This document shows positions 59,403 to 64,000 of a stretch of DNA of 64,000 bases, piece by piece (the stretch's first letter is position 1; each line of letters starts with the position of its first letter). The translations under genes were made by a program, and so were the position numbers. This DNA comes from Barthelona sp. PCE (Eukaryota). The notes under the pieces were generated by a model. The model searched no databases and was not told the origin of the DNA. It saw only the letters and a list, made by a program, of their open reading frames with translations. The stretch covers positions 992,001 to 1,056,000 of the forward strand of contig JAUFOR010000004.1 in assembly GCA_040285745.1 (NCBI GenBank), written 5' to 3'.

Positions 59403-62400
59403 ATGAGGAATCACACGTTCAAACTCTGGATTGTGTTGATTTTCACAGGGTTTTTTTGCACAAATGCTAATTACATATCAAAAAATTCCAATAATCCTAC
59501 TCTCGAGCTCACATTATCAAATACTCATGTTTTTCGGGGCGTTAGTACTTTCAAATCCATCTATCTTGATCAACCATTTGGTATTTGGGCAAAGGGAAAC
59601 ATAATTTGTGATTTTTTACATATAGATCATATGGGAGCATTACATCTTGAGGATAACCTTGTTCTAAATGGTCATTTATTAGTAGACCAAGCACATGTTT
59701 ACCTTAACGGATTCACATTAAATGCAACAAAAATTACTTTTAGTAATGCTGTCGTTGTGGAGGGTAGTATAATATCAGACAACGCAACTCTGATCGGTAC
59801 GAGTGCATATGGATACGGAACATTCACAGCAAAAACAATGCGCATTAATAGCAGCTTTTTTGCATCTTACTTCCCCATTTATGTAGAAACATTGAAACAG
59901 CTCAATGGTGGAAGTAGAGTGGAAGTGCATGTGGCCCATCACCTTGATATAGATGCAGAGAATAGTCCACCAACAAAAAACACAACATTAGTGTTAGAAG
60001 AAAATTCCACTCCACTGAACTGTAACTTTAACAAAAGTTTCAAATATTTAATAGTCAGGGAGGCCTTCAATTGCGCGCTTGAGATTAGTGAAGGTCAAAC
60101 TGTAACATTTGATAACGTAATACAAAAAAAAAGTATTTCATTGATTTCTGGAACAATATTTTTGAACAATTCGATAGTGTCTGACACGTTACAGTTATCG
60201 TCCAGCACCGCCTATTTTAGCGGAGATTGTGTGATTGGTACGTTACTGCTCCCAACAGACGTGCGATTCAGGCAATATTCTCCATATGCAAACGTTACAA
60301 TTTTATATGAATATAATACATACGATAGCGCAAGAGCGATTGGACCCCTTACTCATTTTTCCATACTTACTTCTGCTAAGATCGTGCCCAATTCAAAATT
60401 TACATCAGAAACATTCTACATCAAAGAGTTGCATGCAAATACTTCAGGATCCATTCATGTACGCGGAATTTTAACAGCTGAGCTGATCTGGGGTTCGCAA
60501 AAAGCGGCAAGTACATTCATTATATTGGGAAACGGTGTTAGATGTGATAATCTTCATACTTATGGAAATATTGACTTTTACACGAATATTGTCTCAATAA
60601 CGAGCCTCATTGTACGTGGAGAATTTTTATTCCGGTCAGCCTCAGTAAGTTTAACCAATCTTAGCATTTTTGAATCAGGAAAGATAGAGATGGAGACTAG
60701 TATACTACGAGTTTCCGGTAACATTATCGTAAACACAACACAGACTTATTTTTTATTAACAAGTGCATCATCAACATTTTCAGGACTAATTGCAATGAAT
60801 TTTATTGAATTTTCTGGAACAATTACCAATGAAGGTTCGGAAAGTACAACTATGTCATTAGGTCAGTACACATCAGCAATCATACAAAGCTGGAGTCCCA
60901 ATTTAGGATATATAGTAGCTTCAAGTACCTCAATTATATATAGCAAAGATCATATAAAATGGATTGACATTTCATCATCTGCTGTACAATTGATGGAACC
61001 ACCAAATTGTACACCGGAAGGAGCATTTCTATTGGTCATCTCTGGAGAATCATGTACTGTTCAAACAATGGGCACTATGATATATACAGAAACAGGTTCA
61101 ACTGTTGAGGCAAAATTGGTTGATTACATTACTGTATTAGGTTTTGGTACTCTCAAAGCTGGTGAAGATAAAAAACTTGAAACAATACATGGGTACAATG
61201 ATTTAGAACGACCATTTTCTACTTTAACTGGTATATTTGGTGGTGAATTACAGTTTAAAGATAGCACAATTATCAAGCTAACTGCTTTTCAATTCATCGG
61301 GTTTGATACACGTGTTTCTTGCAGTGGAGATTGCACCCTCTTTTTCCTCTCTGATCTAGATTCAATGTTTTGTCCAAAAAATAGTAGTGGACTTTTTGAT
61401 CTTCATATAATAGGAAAAAGTAGATCGCGTATTGCTGTAACTCATTCGTTTATAGGTGTTTTACATGTTCAGAGGTATTTCATACACTTGGTCTTTACAG
61501 ATTCAAGTGATGATGTACAGATATATGTAACTGCTGATGTTATTGACAGTATGAAAATTCATACGACATATGAATCATATTTAGGCTTCAGAAATGCTAT
61601 AACAGTCTTTGATTTATCGGCATTTACTGATATTGAAAAAAGTAGCATGAATTTTAAGCTCACTAATAGTTTTACTCTAAAAGCTGATTTGTTTTCTGTG
61701 GAATTTTTCATTGAAAATGACGCATATGTTGGTTTGAATAGCTTATGCACAGACTGTTCAATTACAGGTTCAATAACTGATGGAATATTTTATGTTCTTT
61801 CAGACGGTGATGCTAATCTTTTATTGTATCCAAATAATTTCCGTGCAATAGTATACGGTTCAATTACTCTACGTTATGATAATGATGCTGAGTTTCATAT
61901 TTTCGGTAACATTAACTTGGCAAAGGAAGATACTTTAAATGATATTAAAGTATTTTATTATCCTGGTTGTACTCGTACGGATCTTAAGATAGCTTCAATC
62001 TTGAATGAATATTATTTAAGCAATGTAGGTGTTGTTAAAGGTTTTGCATCAAACATCATTACGTTCAACAGCAACATGCATCTTCGAAAGGTTGTATTTG
62101 GAGAGTTTCCTAGTGGAACACTTACATTTACTGGTGCTTCACATTATTATTGTGTTGAATTTATTAGCAGTGAGAGTATTAAATGCCAAAATCTTAAATT
62201 ACACTCTGTTACATCTGATACAGCTTTTAAGAGCAATTATCCAGTTGCAATTGGTGGAACGGCCAAGATAAAGGGTGGTTCTGTCATTGGATCAGACGGA
62301 GCTAAGTTAGTGGTTACAGACTATGCCAAATTCAATTCATTCAATTGTGCTAGTTGTTGGATAGATATCGCGGCAAACAGCGCATACACTAAAACATATT

Positions 62401-64000
62401 TAGAATATTCGGTAATAGTTTCGTGTCTGCATCACACATTCCGTGGTTCATACACTATTGAGTTTTCATCCTGTCAAACTTTAGATTTTGGCTTTATTGA
62501 AGTATATACTGGTGCATCAATAGTTCTAAAGAATGAAGATAATTGTATCAGTGGTGGAGCTGTTGATCATTTTTTTATTCAAGAAGGAGGATTATTCATT
62601 CCGGATAACAGTATCGATCTGGCTCCAAATCTGATTGTTACCATTTTTGATGGTGCAATAATACATCTTACCAAATCAAGTGTTTCTTTAGTATCCTCAA
62701 ATGTTGCGAGAGACGTAACTATTGTTTTGTACATGCAGACATCTTTAAATGTTATGATACATGGAGGTGATTTACGATTGGTTTGTGCAGAAGGCTTGGA
62801 TTGTAACTCTAACGGTGACATAGCTTTCTCCATTCAATCTAAAGATAGTGTAATACTGATTTCAGATGTGCCTCTCAGCATCATCGGTTATGTTTTAGAG
62901 ACGGACAACAAACCATCTCTTTCTATCACTGGCAATATAAAGAATGCACCACTAAACAGCCACATCTTTTGTGAATTGCCATCAAATATTGGATTTGAAG
63001 ATTTAAATTCGAATAGTGCAACTGTAGATTGTGTTGACAATACCTTGATCATATACGGCTCTCACGCTGTGGATGTTATTGCGCGTAACGCCACTATATA
63101 TTCTCCTGATTGTGATATTAAAACACTTACATCATATAATTCAACTATAACAGCCAAGAAAGTATCTCTCGTCGATGCAACGGGTAATTTGAATGTGAGT
63201 ACGGATGAAATAGGTGATATTACTTCAACTTTTTTTAATCTCATCACTTCCAATGACGTAACCCTATTATCCGGTTTGAAATACTCAAATACAAACTTTA
63301 ATATAACCTGTACGCGCCAATCTATGTGTCATTTTCCAGTTTCTGAGAACTCAGTTATTACATCATCAACGATCAAGGGAAATAACTTTGTTCACTTCCA
63401 TGGTCATAATATTAATGTTCTTGATAGCTCTATACTGATACATATGAATGTCTCTGGCTCATCAACACTTAATGGAAATTTTAGTAATATTATGATGTAT
63501 GGTGAAGTTGAATTTAACGCAACAATAGATAAACTATGGCTACTCAATTCAGCTGTTGCTAAAGGTGATATTCATTCCAACTCCGTCATGATGTGGGCAG
63601 GTTCTTCAATGAAAGATTGCTCTTTGAATACCGGTTCTTTGTCTAAAGCAAACAGAACAAAGATAGAGTGTGAGTATTACAGCGTAGATTTTTTTTCGGA
63701 TATTGACATTGTCCTTGACAGTGGTATTTCTAATGTGGATCTTATCCCAAATATGGAATCAATTAATTCATTAACTCCCAATTACAAGAAGAACCCAACT
63801 CCTGTTTTCAGCATTGATGATTCAAATGTATATAGTCCAGATCGTTCTTTCAGGAAAAAACGAGGCACTTACTATCATGATGTTACAATCAATCGTCAGA
63901 GGCGCCTCATGTATCGTTTTTGGGGCAATGATTCTGCTATTTTAGATATAGATGATGCACACGTTTTCCTACATGATGTAGAAGTAAGTATTGCACGACT
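59403..64000 (+). CDS. Giant secreted/surface beta-rich protein, 3'-partial (>=1532 aa)
   Basis: ATG at 59403 (MRNHTFKLWIVLIFTGFFCTNA, signal-like). No stop seen at the points checked along this frame to the window end, and the ORF track lists no terminated ORF in this frame. Composition resembles the 4424-aa gene. Confidence 0.8.
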   Translation, partial: MRNHTFKLWIVLIFTGFFCTNANYISKNSNNPTLELTLSNTHVFRGVSTFKSIYLDQPFGIWAKGNIICDFLHIDHMGALHLEDNLVLNGHLLVDQAHVYLNGFTLNATKITFSNAVVVEGSIISDNATLIGTSAYGYGTFTAKTMRINSSFFASYFPIYVETLKQLNGGSRVEVHVAHHLDIDAENSPPTKNTTLVLEENSTPLNCNFNKSFKYLIVREAFNCALEISEGQTVTFDNVIQKKSISLISGTIFLNNSIVSDTLQLSSSTAYFSGDCVIGTLLLPTDVRFRQYSPYANVTILYEYNTYDSARAIGPLTHFSILTSAKIVPNSKFTSETFYIKELHANTSGSIHVRGILTAELIWGSQKAASTFIILGNGVRCDNLHTYGNIDFYTNIVSITSLIVRGEFLFRSASVSLTNLSIFESGKIEMETSILRVSGNIIVNTTQTYFLLTSASSTFSGLIAMNFIEFSGTITNEGSESTTMSLGQYTSAIIQSWSPNLGYIVASSTSIIYSKDHIKWIDISSSAVQLMEPPNCTPEGAFLLVISGESCTVQTMGTMIYTETGSTVEAKLVDYITVLGFGTLKAGEDKKLETIHGYNDLERPFSTLTGIFGGELQFKDSTIIKLTAFQFIGFDTRVSCSGDCTLFFLSDLDSMFCPKNSSGLFDLHIIGKSRSRIAVTHSFIGVLHVQRYFIHLVFTDSSDDVQIYVTADVIDSMKIHTTYESYLGFRNAITVFDLSAFTDIEKSSMNFKLTNSFTLKADLFSVEFFIENDAYVGLNSLCTDCSITGSITDGIFYVLSDGDANLLLYPNNFRAIVYGSITLRYDNDAEFHIFGNINLAKEDTLNDIKVFYYPGCTRTDLKIASILNEYYLSNVGVVKGFASNIITFNSNMHLRKVVFGEFPSGTLTFTGASHYYCVEFISSESIKCQNLKLHSVTSDTAFKSNYPVAIGGTAKIKGGSVIGSDGAKLVVTDYAKFNSFNCASCWIDIAANSAYTKTYLEYSVIVSCLHHTFRGSYTIEFSSCQTLDFGFIEVYTGASIVLKNEDNCISGGAVDHFFIQEGGLFIPDNSIDLAPNLIVTIFDGAIIHLTKSSVSLVSSNVARDVTIVLYMQTSLNVMIHGGDLRLVCAEGLDCNSNGDIAFSIQSKDSVILISDVPLSIIGYVLETDNKPSLSITGNIKNAPLNSHIFCELPSNIGFEDLNSNSATVDCVDNTLIIYGSHAVDVIARNATIYSPDCDIKTLTSYNSTITAKKVSLVDATGNLNVSTDEIGDITSTFFNLITSNDVTLLSGLKYSNTNFNITCTRQSMCHFPVSENSVITSSTIKGNNFVHFHGHNINVLDSSILIHMNVSGSSTLNGNFSNIMMYGEVEFNATIDKLWLLNSAVAKGDIHSNSVMMWAGSSMKDCSLNTGSLSKANRTKIECEYYSVDFFSDIDIVLDSGISNVDLIPNMESINSLTPNYKKNPTPVFSIDDSNVYSPDRSFRKKRGTYYHDVTINRQRRLMYRFWGNDSAILDIDDAHVFLHDVEVSIAR

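Noticed and set aside
1-64000. Alternative genetic code (TAA/TAG = Gln, as in hexamitids and some ciliates)
   Set aside because: Conserved genes end at the expected positions with TAA (COMMD4), TAG (PFL activase) and TGA (macro domain); multi-kb ORFs lack in-frame stops.
1-64000. CRISPR arrays, rRNA, tRNA, telomeric repeats, prophage or viral genes
   Set aside because: None seen by eye; a covariance-model scan would be needed to exclude small RNAs.

Overview
Very gene-dense, AT-rich, almost intron-free eukaryotic DNA read in the standard genetic code. The gene set (COMMD4, p24, MOK kinase, CCDC112-like, Rad21/Rec8, PFL activase) and one 39-nt intron ending in a Giardia/Trichomonas-type fused branch-point/3' splice site suggest an anaerobic flagellated protist, probably a metamonad. 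That identification is an inference. About 31 protein genes are present, including three giant surface proteins: 1-4848 (5'-partial), 44036-57310, and 59403->64000, which is missing from the ORF track. Main points of interest: (1) a TYW1-like flavodoxin domain fused to a pyruvate formate-lyase activating radical-SAM enzyme; (2) a non-autonomous hAT transposon (33733-35283) with 122-bp TIRs and an 8-bp TSD; (3) sharp GC-rich modules inside giant surface genes, one starting right after a GPS-like motif; (4) two tandem 2TM-repeat membrane paralogs; (5) convergent genes with abutting or overlapping stop codons. All family calls are from motif recognition by eye; no database searches were run.
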